Assembly (NCBI GenBank): GCA_031282835.1
Contig: JAITCU010000028.1
Coordinates: 10,430 to 74,429, forward strand
Direction of reading: 5' to 3'
Length of the DNA stretch: 64,000 nt
From: Puniceicoccales bacterium
Lineage (GTDB): Bacteria; Verrucomicrobiota; Verrucomicrobiia; Opitutales; JAIRLM01
The translations under genes and the position numbers were made by a program. This document shows positions 43,505 to 52,948 of this stretch, one piece after another. The number at the start of each line of letters is the position of its first letter. Within the stretch, counting starts at the first letter, position 1. Below the pieces are notes generated by a model. The model made no database searches. It was not told the origin of the DNA and was given only the letters and a program-made list of their open reading frames with translations.

Positions 43505-45835
43505 TTACCGCCGCCCCTCCCGTTGGCCACATGTGTTTCCGCCGCCAACAGAAGAGATTTCCTGCCTGTATCTTTGCAGTGCTGGACCCCAGTCAGGCCT
43601 ACGCTTTTCGACCTCACGGCGGAAAGTATCAAATTCTTTCCGAGTCAAGGCCTCACCAATTCGTTGCAACTGGGTGCTGAAAACACTATAAAATCCAGTT
43701 CTCAATGAATAGCGCAAATACGTTTCAACGGGGTCATCTCCAATTTGCGCCCGTATTTTTGGGTTTGCAAGGATTCTAAATGGCATTTCGTAATCGCCAT
43801 AAGGCAGAACTTTGCTGTCAATTATCTCACGCATGGAAGCTTCCTCCCACCCCATGCGAGCAGCCACACTCGGCCATAGGTCGGCTTCTATAATTGCCTC
43901 AAAAAGAGTTTTTTCTTCGACGCCTTCCGATAGGGCGCTACGAGATCTCTCTATGAATCCAATTAATGCATCGATATTTTGCGTAAAGAATTCGAGCAGA
44001 ATTTCATTTGCGCAAGTATATCTAGTTCTGAATAGTATCAGGAGGCTTTTATTAATTACATCAGAACGGCTCAAAAATTCTCGGATCAATTGCCCGTTAT
44101 CGATATAGTCAAATGCGCAAATAAACCCACAACGCAAACGAGTATCGTCAAACGAGATTACCGCATTAGTGATGCTATTCCATGTTTCAGCGGATATAGA
44201 GTTTCGAAGAAGGGTTACCACCTCGCGTGCAATCGCGACGCCAGCTCCAGCACGGTGATACGGCAATGTGCACAATGCTTCGGCAACTACCCGAACGATG
44301 CGATCATCCTTAGATTCCAATAGGCGGCATAAAAAATCGGCAATTTTTTGCGCATCTGGGAAAAGAGCATCACGTACTACTCTTATACAATCGTCACAAT
44401 TAGGCGCTCTACACGCAGATAAAACGGCATCAAAAGACCCTGAAAATACTTCCTGCAATATCGATTGCATATTATCAGTACGGCGTACTGCCAACAAAAG
44501 TTCCGCCAATGCTTCTGACGAAGCATGCCCTTTCATGAAATTAGAAAAAACTTGACAAATCAATCTGATTGTCCATTCTGACCGATACTTAGTGGCAGCG
44601 CAAATGACAGCACGGCTTGTGCCACTCTTTGTGACAATTTCTGCCAACAGGACCGGATCCAAGCCGCTAAATTTGGGAATGTTGGGTTTTCCTCTGAAGT
44701 TTTGGGGATTGCTTGCCAATTTTTTAAATTCTTCGATACTGGCATTTGGGTCGGGATCAGATTCGTCGAACGCATTAGGCGAGGCCGCACGCTTTGCCAT
44801 TTCTATTAACAAATCATTGCAAACTTGTGAAATCCCGGCAAAGAAATCTATTGCAAGACCCCTGTCAGCAACGTCAAGGGCAAACTCGAGATCATTGCAA
44901 GTCCCAACAATTTCAATCGCAAGTTGCTTGTCTGGCCGATAGGCCCTTTCATAAAGAGCAGCGATTTTTTGGGCGGAGACCGTCTTAGCCATTTTCTCGC
45001 GATATTCGCTAGAGATTTGCCTCCAAATAGGAAGTCTCTCAGCAACGTTCACCTGGTTAAGCAGAAATTCCATCACCACATTTGGGGGGATTCGAGATAA
45101 AATTTTTAATACATCTGGCATTGACTTGCTCTGAAACAGTGGCACCAGAAGATAATGCCAAGGTATTTGCCCGGACATCTCGTCCGGAAGCCGGCAAAAA
45201 GCATCCACAAAGCGATAGTTACCGACTAAGTCGCGTATGTCCTCAATGCGATCGCCGTTTGACCCCGTTGCGATATACTTCGAAATACCGGCGGTCAGGT
45301 CTTCTAAAGCTGCTTCAGCGCGCAACCTACATTTTGCTTCTTCAACAGTTGTAAGTGCCTCTTCCCAACCAGCTACGGGATCTTTCGGTGCCGACTCATC
45401 CGGTTCTGGATGTGGTAAAGACGCTCTACGGCATAAATTTTTCACGCGAATTTTCGGAATATTGGCCTGAATTTCTTCCACGCGCCCATTAACTACTTCC
45501 GCCTGTTCCACCGTCCGCACGCCAGAAAACCGAAGCAGATAATTGAGAGCGACCAAGCCGCGGAAAAAAGTAACACCACGGGCTGATCTGGTTGCCATGA
45601 AGTATTCAACGGCCCATAGGGTAAGTGTTCCAAGCCCTAGTGTTGCAAACTGCACCACGTAGCTGAATACGCGGCCGAACCAAAAAGCGTACAAATTAAT
45701 TGGCCAGTTGCACTGAATTTCTTTCCCGCAAACAGGGAAGCTCGCACCGCCGGACGCAATGGTCGGAACTGGGACTGTAGTAAAGGTTCCTACAACGAAG
45801 CCAGCTTTCACTGAATCAAGATTCGAACCAAACAT
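43505..45835 (-). CDS. Hypothetical 776-aa membrane-anchored helical-repeat protein; effector candidate sharing the NCD motif
   Basis: The N-proximal hydrophobic stretch is NLYAFWFGRVFSYVVQFATLGLGTLTLWAVEYFMA. The body is long and alpha-helical (ARM/HEAT-like by eye). The motif AVLSACRAPNCDDCIRVV lies at ~44370-44430. Confidence 0.7.
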   Translation of the reverse strand: MFGSNLDSVKAGFVVGTFTTVPVPTIASGGASFPVCGKEIQCNWPINLYAFWFGRVFSYVVQFATLGLGTLTLWAVEYFMATRSARGVTFFRGLVALNYLLRFSGVRTVEQAEVVNGRVEEIQANIPKIRVKNLCRRASLPHPEPDESAPKDPVAGWEEALTTVEEAKCRLRAEAALEDLTAGISKYIATGSNGDRIEDIRDLVGNYRFVDAFCRLPDEMSGQIPWHYLLVPLFQSKSMPDVLKILSRIPPNVVMEFLLNQVNVAERLPIWRQISSEYREKMAKTVSAQKIAALYERAYRPDKQLAIEIVGTCNDLEFALDVADRGLAIDFFAGISQVCNDLLIEMAKRAASPNAFDESDPDPNASIEEFKKLASNPQNFRGKPNIPKFSGLDPVLLAEIVTKSGTSRAVICAATKYRSEWTIRLICQVFSNFMKGHASSEALAELLLAVRRTDNMQSILQEVFSGSFDAVLSACRAPNCDDCIRVVRDALFPDAQKIADFLCRLLESKDDRIVRVVAEALCTLPYHRAGAGVAIAREVVTLLRNSISAETWNSITNAVISFDDTRLRCGFICAFDYIDNGQLIREFLSRSDVINKSLLILFRTRYTCANEILLEFFTQNIDALIGFIERSRSALSEGVEEKTLFEAIIEADLWPSVAARMGWEEASMREIIDSKVLPYGDYEMPFRILANPKIRAQIGDDPVETYLRYSLRTGFYSVFSTQLQRIGEALTRKEFDTFRREVEKRRPDWGPALQRYRQEISSVGGGNTCGQREGRR

Positions 45836-46391
45836 TCTGCGATAATAGAGTAATTGCTAGAATTTACGAGGAATTTTTCAGGATAATTTTTGTGATGGTC
45901 GCATTTGGGGGGCTCAAAGCGTCCGATAATGGAAAATATATCCGCTCAGCCCGCACCAATTGGCGTTAAGCCTTCCGAATTTCGCGCCCAAGACATTTGC
46001 CCCCATTCTCGAATGCCACAAGTTGGCACATGTGGGTTGAAACGCGGTTGCGGCAACAAGGATATTCCCGCACGCCACCGTAATTCCAGCCGTGTTTTGG
46101 CAGGATTTGTAAAAATCTTCGCCAAAACGTACAAATAATTGACAATCCGCTGCATTTCGTCAATATAGTCCAGAATTCGAATTCTAGGAAAGAGGTACAA
46201 TTTGAAAAAGACTACAGATGCCACAGGCAATGCTCCATCGGATATTTCCGATGAAAACTTGAGACTGCAAACGCCATATTTACGCACCGGACCGGCACCG
46301 ATCCAAAAACGGGAATCATCAATCCAATGTCCCACGAGGGGAAAATCCATGGAAACCAACAGCCAAAAAGCGGGTCATTTTCACACCGGGC

Positions 46392-48170
46392 TTAGCCATC
46401 CGTACGCCATACTTGGCAGGAGAGCGGTCCAAGGGAATGGGGATCGGAAAGGCGCTGAAGGGAGTTTTTTTCATAAAATTGGTGCCCGTCGGCAACAAGC
46501 CGGAAGGAACCCAATGAAACATCAGGCAACGGGAAATGCACGGTATGCAAATCGGGATTAATAAGAAAAAACAGCTGCCGCGGTCCCTGGGAGGAATCTG
46601 CGTTGTAGAGGGTAGCCAAGGCACTTTCGGAGTCGTCGGTTTGAAAAAATCGAAAAAATCCATCTGCCGGTGCTTCCTTCTGCCTCAAAAGCTTTCCAGC
46701 CGGGGAAAGCCGGAAACGAATCCACTGGGACACATAGGCATGCAATTGCTGAAACTGCTCCAATCGCTCCGGGAAAAGGCGATTCCTTTCGCCATCTTTG
46801 TAGGTATTGCACGCGCCCCCTTTGGACCGGAGAAAATCCTGCCCCTCGCTCAACATAGGAACGCCAAGGCTCATGAACAAAATGGCAAACATGAGCTGGG
46901 TACGCTGCAGGTCATTGGGCCGTGGGTAACGACCATCCTGAAGATAAGTCTCGGTGATACCATCGATCCAGACGCGATCGTCATGGGAAGCGGTGTAATT
47001 AATAGACTGAGTTGGCACCCGGGTCAAATGGGATGTGCAACCGCTGAGAAAGTAACGCAATGCATCGCGATTGCCCGTATCCAGCACATAGCGACGGACG
47101 GAGTCGCGAAAGTCGTCATTCCAATAACTCCACGTGGTGGGTTTGAGGTTCAAGGCGCTGTGGCCGCGGAAACTCCACGGCTCGGCGATGAGATAGATGC
47201 CCTTTTTAATGGCCCGCAATTCTCGTTCGATGCATTTCAAGGTCTCCATGTCGATCAATTCGGCCAGGTCGAAGCGAAATCCATCAATATCATAAGTTTG
47301 AACCAAATATTTAAGACTATCCAAAATCAACCTCCGGGCCATGGCCGCCTCCGTGCGGAGGTCGTTGCCACAGCCGCTAAAATTGGTCAACGTCCCGTCT
47401 CCATTGGTCCGGAAAAAGTAATCCCCGCCCAACATGCGCAGATGGTTCGGTTCTCCCACGTGATTGTAGACCACATCCAAAATAAACTGAATTCCCATAC
47501 CGTGGCACGCTTGGACAACCGTGGCAAGATCAGCAATTTGCGACCCTATGGTCTTATCCGTGGCATAGGCACGGGTTGGGGCAAAATAATTCACAGGCAT
47601 GTACCCCCAGTGGTACTCGACGTCTTCAAGGCTGTCGAATTCTTGCAAAGGCTGCAATTCCAGCGCATTGATGCCCAATTGCCCCAGGTAGGATTGCCGA
47701 TCGGACAACCACCGGTGAAAAGTTGCGTAGGTGGGGCGATCATATTTTTCCGTGCACAATCCCAACAGGTCTCGCAAATGGCCTTCCAAAATGACCAAGT
47801 CTTCCATCGGAATTGGCTCACGGTGCGCAATAGGCTGAGGTAAGCGACTACGATCGACAACGATTCCCGGTCCCCGTGCGGATAGAGCTGCCAGAGCGTA
47901 GGGATCCAAAATGTGTGTATAATTTTCCCGCAAAATGGAGAATTCATCCTTGGGAACGATCTGAATAACATAGGGAATGCCATCGAGATTTTGATCAACC
48001 TGAGCCTCCCAAAGACCCTCCTTTACCTCGCGTGCTGGGAGGAAATTTTCCAACTGAGGCCCATGACGAATGAAAAGTTCCCTGGCATTTGGTGCAAAAA
48101 CGCAGAATAGTGTTTCCAATGAGGATGGAAAAGCACCAAGGGGGGTGTCGTAGTGCGGATCACAGATCAT
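46392..48170 (-). CDS. glgX: Glycogen debranching enzyme / pullulanase-type GH13 hydrolase
   Basis: GH13 regions are ILDVVYNHVG (I), DGFRFDLA (II), YLIAEPW (III) and NYTASHDD (IV). The track ORF begins at a TTG at 48287 inside the upstream ABC gene, so the MICDPHYD start at 48170 is preferred. Confidence 0.85.
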   Translation of the reverse strand: MICDPHYDTPLGAFPSSLETLFCVFAPNARELFIRHGPQLENFLPAREVKEGLWEAQVDQNLDGIPYVIQIVPKDEFSILRENYTHILDPYALAALSARGPGIVVDRSRLPQPIAHREPIPMEDLVILEGHLRDLLGLCTEKYDRPTYATFHRWLSDRQSYLGQLGINALELQPLQEFDSLEDVEYHWGYMPVNYFAPTRAYATDKTIGSQIADLATVVQACHGMGIQFILDVVYNHVGEPNHLRMLGGDYFFRTNGDGTLTNFSGCGNDLRTEAAMARRLILDSLKYLVQTYDIDGFRFDLAELIDMETLKCIERELRAIKKGIYLIAEPWSFRGHSALNLKPTTWSYWNDDFRDSVRRYVLDTGNRDALRYFLSGCTSHLTRVPTQSINYTASHDDRVWIDGITETYLQDGRYPRPNDLQRTQLMFAILFMSLGVPMLSEGQDFLRSKGGACNTYKDGERNRLFPERLEQFQQLHAYVSQWIRFRLSPAGKLLRQKEAPADGFFRFFQTDDSESALATLYNADSSQGPRQLFFLINPDLHTVHFPLPDVSLGSFRLVADGHQFYEKNSLQRLSDPHSLGPLSCQVWRTDG

Positions 48171-49920
48171 AACCGTGAGTATGGGCAAGGTAGAGCTGCT
48201 TGTAAAGGCCGCCATCACGTAACAGTTCTCCGTGAGTCCCCCGCCGCACGACGGCCCCACAGTCCAGGACAATGACCTCGTCCACAAAGGAAAGCAAACT
48301 GAAGCGATGGGAGATGATGATCACCGTGCGGTTACTGAAAAGGGATTTCAGGGAATCGCGCAAATCCGACTCACATTGGGTGTCTAGGGCGCTGGTAGCT
48401 TCATCAAGGATCAAAATTGGAGCATCACGGAGAAATGCCCGGGCGATGGCGATGCGCTGCCGCTGGCCCCCCGAAAGCAAATGGCCATCCTCGCCGATGG
48501 GTGTGTGCATACCCCGGGGAAGGTCGGCAATGAATTTGTCCGCGTGGGCATTGCGAACCGCCCTTTCCACTTCTTGCTGTGTAGCATTCCGTCGGCCCCA
48601 GAGGATGTTCTCGTAAACCGTCCCGCTCACCAACGTTGGCGCCTGGGGCACAAATGCGATGTGGTGGCGCAGGTCCTCCGTCGTGAGATGGCTGACGTTA
48701 ATGCCGTCTATGGAAATACAGCCACCCTGAATCTCATAAAATCGCAGTAGGAGACTTGCCAGCGTCGTCTTTCCCGCGCCGCTCGGGCCCACGAGGGCGT
48801 AGCTACGACCCGCTGCCAGATGTAGCGAAAAGTGCTGCAGCACCGGACGCTTGGGGTCATAGGAAAAGATGACATCATCGAAGTGGATGTCCCCACGGAT
48901 GTCGCGCAGGCAAACGGGATTGTGCGGTGGCGGATCCACTTCTTCTTCATCCAAGAGCGATTCAATGCGGGACAGGGCGGAGAAGGAACATTGCAAATTT
49001 CCGTAGAGTCGACCAACATTTTTCACTGGATCATAGACGAGAAATAGTGCCGTTCCAAGAGCTAGAAAAATATCCCCGGGAATACGGAGACAATATCCGT
49101 AGCATGCGGCGATGCCAATGCCGATAGCTGCCCAAATTTCAATGCTGGGAACGATGAAGTAGTAAGCTTTGCAGCTTCTCAAATAAGCCTTGGAGTAGTC
49201 ATTGTTGCAGTGGCGGTAATCACGAACTTCTAGGTCTTCCCGCACAAAGGCGCGGACCTCTTGAACGGTACTAAGATTGGCCGTTAGGCGGGATGTCAGG
49301 TGGGAAATTTTTTCCTGGGCGATTAGGTTGTACTCCCACACCCAGCGGCCGAAAATCACAACGGGTATGGCGCTTAGCCCGACCAAAATAAGTAACAGAA
49401 GCATCGTTTCGCCGTTGGCCACCCGCTGGCAGAGAAAAATCACCGCGATTAGGCCACTGATGAGGGTTATGGGTCGTTGAAAGATTTCATGGGCGATGCT
49501 TACAAAGCAGGATTGGATGATGTTTACATCATTGGCTGCCCGCGAAATGACATCCCCAGACGATGTTTTGTGAAAAAATGCCAAAGGAAGGCGCTGGATT
49601 TTTTGGAATATTTTGAGTCGTATGGATTTCAAAATGGCCTGGCCAACAACCGCCAAAAGGTAAGTGTTTAAAAAACCGCAAACGCTGCGCACAAAAATGA
49701 GCGCAAATGGCAGAGAACAGTAATAAGCCAATAACCAAGGGGCGATGTCATTTCGGGAAAAGACCTCACCAACCAGATACTTGAGCAGAATGGGAATACC
49801 AAACCCGCTTGCGAACCCGTTGATGATTCCCGTGACGAAGGCAAAGAAGATTTGCCAACGACAGAATCGCAGCCCGTCAAGGTACTTCAGCATGGCGCCA
49901 TAACGGACTCTTCTACGCAT
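48160..49920 (-). CDS. msbA: ABC exporter, fused permease/ATPase (MsbA-like lipid exporter)
   Basis: Six-TM N-terminal domain, GPSGAGKTT (Walker A), LSGGQRQRIAIARAFL and ILILDEATSALD. Confidence 0.88.
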   Translation of the reverse strand: MRRRVRYGAMLKYLDGLRFCRWQIFFAFVTGIINGFASGFGIPILLKYLVGEVFSRNDIAPWLLAYYCSLPFALIFVRSVCGFLNTYLLAVVGQAILKSIRLKIFQKIQRLPLAFFHKTSSGDVISRAANDVNIIQSCFVSIAHEIFQRPITLISGLIAVIFLCQRVANGETMLLLLILVGLSAIPVVIFGRWVWEYNLIAQEKISHLTSRLTANLSTVQEVRAFVREDLEVRDYRHCNNDYSKAYLRSCKAYYFIVPSIEIWAAIGIGIAACYGYCLRIPGDIFLALGTALFLVYDPVKNVGRLYGNLQCSFSALSRIESLLDEEEVDPPPHNPVCLRDIRGDIHFDDVIFSYDPKRPVLQHFSLHLAAGRSYALVGPSGAGKTTLASLLLRFYEIQGGCISIDGINVSHLTTEDLRHHIAFVPQAPTLVSGTVYENILWGRRNATQQEVERAVRNAHADKFIADLPRGMHTPIGEDGHLLSGGQRQRIAIARAFLRDAPILILDEATSALDTQCESDLRDSLKSLFSNRTVIIISHRFSLLSFVDEVIVLDCGAVVRRGTHGELLRDGGLYKQLYLAHTHGYDL

Positions 49921-49942
49921 CCCTCACCCTTTCCCGCACGTG

Positions 49943-50827
49943 CTAATTTCGTCCCCGTTCTAGGTGCGAGCCTACCAAAAGCAATCCCAATGTACCAGCC
50001 ACACCAATCACCTGTTTCTCCCCCCCGAAGGGATCGCCAAAAAAAATGATGGCAAGAACGATGCCAAAAAGAATGGGCAAATTATTGCAAATTGCGAGTA
50101 CGGACGGATTCACCCGCACCGATCCACGATTCCAGAGATAATTGCCAAGACCGCAGCATAGTATGCCAAGGAAGAAAAATTCTCCGACCACGTGCCGCCA
50201 GTGAATGCGCAGAATCTCGAGTGGCAACGGCCGGGAAATCACCGTCGGAAGCAGCACAACGGCTGCCCCTAAGTAAAACCAGGCCATGGCGGAACTGTCC
50301 CGCACTCGGAAGCGCTCATGCAAGCGGCGGTAAAGAATTTGACCTAAAACATAGCAAATGTTACAAAGTTGTGCACATAGAACACCTTGCCAGGGAAATT
50401 GCTCCGTCCCGTCAACGACCATCGCCAGGCGGGTGAAGGCGAGCGTGGCCAGTGCAATGGAGAATTGTTTCCAAGAAAATTTTCGCTGGAAAATACCATT
50501 GAGCAGGGGCACGTAGACCGCCGTTGTGGTACAAAGCAAGGCAACGGTCCCTGGGGAGAGGTACTGGTAAGAATATTGGGAAAAAAGGTACATGAGTCCC
50601 AGTTGGACGGCGCCGATGGCCATGCATTTGCCGCGAATTCCCACCGTGTCCCGGCGAAAAAGTAGCGGGGCAAACATTAGCGTTCCCAGAAGAACGAAGA
50701 AAAAACTCATCCACTGGGGCGGAATAAATTGGATTATATCCCCGTTGATGCCGTAGGAAAAGCCCCACAGCAGCGCTGTAACCAGCAGGAAAACCATGGG
50801 GCCATCCTCGGGTCGCGCATCTGCCAC
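49943..50827 (-). CDS. EamA/DMT-family transporter
   Basis: About 10 TM helices in two EamA-like halves (LLVTALLWGFSY...). Confidence 0.78.
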   Translation of the reverse strand: MADARPEDGPMVFLLVTALLWGFSYGINGDIIQFIPPQWMSFFFVLLGTLMFAPLLFRRDTVGIRGKCMAIGAVQLGLMYLFSQYSYQYLSPGTVALLCTTTAVYVPLLNGIFQRKFSWKQFSIALATLAFTRLAMVVDGTEQFPWQGVLCAQLCNICYVLGQILYRRLHERFRVRDSSAMAWFYLGAAVVLLPTVISRPLPLEILRIHWRHVVGEFFFLGILCCGLGNYLWNRGSVRVNPSVLAICNNLPILFGIVLAIIFFGDPFGGEKQVIGVAGTLGLLLVGSHLERGRN

Positions 50828-51466
50828 GCAATGCCTATTTTTGCCCTTCCGACCTGCATAAAATAATGCGGGCCCGAAACGACAATCTCGGCCTTTGCAA
50901 AAGCGTCGCGCCCAAAGAGGTCCACGGGAACGACGTTAGCCGTTTGATGAGGCGAAAGTTTTTGTGATCGACCTCCCAAGTAGCTTCCTCAGTCATTTGC
51001 GACGAAATCTTAGCCATCACCCCAATCTAATGGGTGAGTTCTACGATCCACGTATTTTTTATTTCTGTCAAAGATCAACCACCACCTTTTATAAACTGGT
51101 TGGCTTGTAAAAAGCGGCGAAAGGCCCGTACCCGGGCATCATTAGATACATGTCCGAACTAAAAAGCAAAACGCACGTCCTTATCATCTCCGCCACGCCG
51201 CTTTTTCCTTGGGAATAACAACCGCCATACCCGAGGTGTCCGCAATATATATCTAAGGCTGCCCAAGGCCCCCGGAGGGGCCTCCAGCAAAAACCTCCCC
51301 CAACTTGGGGTTTGTAAGATGCATCTCGATGGCGTTTCTAAGATTTTTACGAAGCAAGTCAAGTCAGTTTCACGAAAAAATAGAGGCCTTGCAGAAGCCC
51401 ATCCGCTAAAAACCCACCTCAAAGGGGAAAGTATGAACAAATTTTAAATGGCTGGCCATGAAGACC

Positions 51467-51763
51467 TCAGACTTTAGGCGGCCACCCCAGAAATCCCAAT
51501 ATAACATCTAATTTTTGGGCGACATTATATCCGATAACAGCACATGCAATGAAGGCCACAAAAGAAATTCCTATGGCAAATAAAAGGCCAAATGGCGTTA
51601 ATGCCATAGCAGCGGCGGAACAGGTCACGATTCCCATGATGACAAGTCCGACAATGCCGCCAATCGCGACACCCGACTCAGTCCGTTCCTCCATTTGTTT
51701 GGCATTGGGTTTCAAATCCCGCTGACTATCCAGCGGCGCCAAAACAGGGTTCGAAGAAACCAT
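51467..51763 (-). CDS. Small (98-aa) Inc-like membrane protein with paired hydrophobic segments
   Basis: VAIGGIVGLVIMGIVTCSAAAMAL-TPFG-LLFAIGISFVAFIACAVIGYNV are two hydrophobic helices separated by a very short loop, preceded by a ~30-aa polar N-terminus. Confidence 0.5.
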   Translation of the reverse strand: MVSSNPVLAPLDSQRDLKPNAKQMEERTESGVAIGGIVGLVIMGIVTCSAAAMALTPFGLLFAIGISFVAFIACAVIGYNVAQKLDVILGFLGWPPKV

Positions 51764-51775
51764 GGGGGTATTGTG

Positions 51776-52480
51776 TTAAAAAATTTTCTCAATGGGAGAA
51801 AAAATATTAACGGACGCGTAGTTGGCAAGACAGGTGCCGCGAACCGTAATTTTAGCTGTATCAGAGCAAAATTCGTTGGCCACACTTTCCTGCCCCCCGA
51901 GGCAAACGAAAAAATTTCTCATCTCGTACTTTAGTCCAATGGAGGAAATGGTCGCCCGAGGCATGCCGAAAAAGCCGCAATAACTTCCCACGGGGGCGTT
52001 TAATTCCTTCGTTTCGTTGTATAGGCATTCGATATACTGCGTTCCATCTGAAATAACCGTGCGCCGGCCACGGCGAACGTATTTTTTTAAGAAAAAAATA
52101 TTTGCCAATGTGTGGTCCATACGCCCGCCAAGAGCATTTAGAATGACGATGTCGCCAGCTCCATGCAAAAAGGCAAATCGGATAGCTTTTTCCAAATCCG
52201 TGTTTCTTTGATCCCGGCGGTGTCGGATGAGAACGTCCGCGTGTTTCCAGCGGTTAAGCAACCGGGGATCTATGGAGTCAAAATCCCCCATAAGTACGTG
52301 CGGGAGTAGCTGGTTTTTTTCAAAAAGACCTGCCGCACCATCCAAAGCGACCGTGCGGCGGCCCTCCATCCAACGGGATAAATCGCGCGACGTTGATACT
52401 TTGGGTTCGCCGTTCGCAACGATGAGCCAGTGGTTGTGGACCCCATCCGCCATTGAAGTAAAGGTAACTTCCGTCGGCAC
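51776..52480 (-). CDS. thiN: Thiamine pyrophosphokinase
   Basis: TPK motifs are VALDGAAG, MGDFDSI and RRDQRNTDLEKAI, plus a C-terminal thiamine-binding beta domain. Confidence 0.8.
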   Translation of the reverse strand: MPTEVTFTSMADGVHNHWLIVANGEPKVSTSRDLSRWMEGRRTVALDGAAGLFEKNQLLPHVLMGDFDSIDPRLLNRWKHADVLIRHRRDQRNTDLEKAIRFAFLHGAGDIVILNALGGRMDHTLANIFFLKKYVRRGRRTVISDGTQYIECLYNETKELNAPVGSYCGFFGMPRATISSIGLKYEMRNFFVCLGGQESVANEFCSDTAKITVRGTCLANYASVNIFSPIEKIF

Positions 52481-52948
52481 GCGGGCGAGAGCAAAATGTG
52501 GCTGAATATGTCAAAAATTTTTCGTGTCTCGAAAAAATGTGTCACTTTAGGCATCATTTGTCCCAGGTCTTGACATTTTTCGAAGAAGCTTTGTCATATG
52601 TATTGCCTCTGGGTGATGACGAATTCTTCTAAATGTATTCTTCTCCTGACGTTCTATCTCCGGGAATCCTTATTCGCGGAGGACGGCGCGGACGCGCTTC
52701 GTACCCGATTCCGTGAAAAGTTTACCCACCTGCATTAAAAACAGGCACGAAATACAACCTGAAGGGACGCTCGCACCGGAGGCTAGACTTCGCGATGGAT
52801 TTGATGGTTTCACTTGTAAAATTTTGGACCTTGGGGATCCTTTTTGGCGTTGCCATGCGGGTCCCGGAGGTTCCCGGACTAGGGAAAAAATATTGACATT
52901 TTTTTTAGCAGACCCTGTGTTCGCAGCTCTGGATGGGCTCCAGGAAAT

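Noticed and set aside
46536-47843. 435-aa plus-strand ORF
   Set aside because: It is antisense to the GH13 debranching-enzyme gene and has no motifs, so it is a shadow ORF.
50835-51020. 61-aa ORF upstream of the DMT transporter
   Set aside because: It has no motif, a marginal length and competing overlapping frames, so I cannot support it as a gene from sequence alone.
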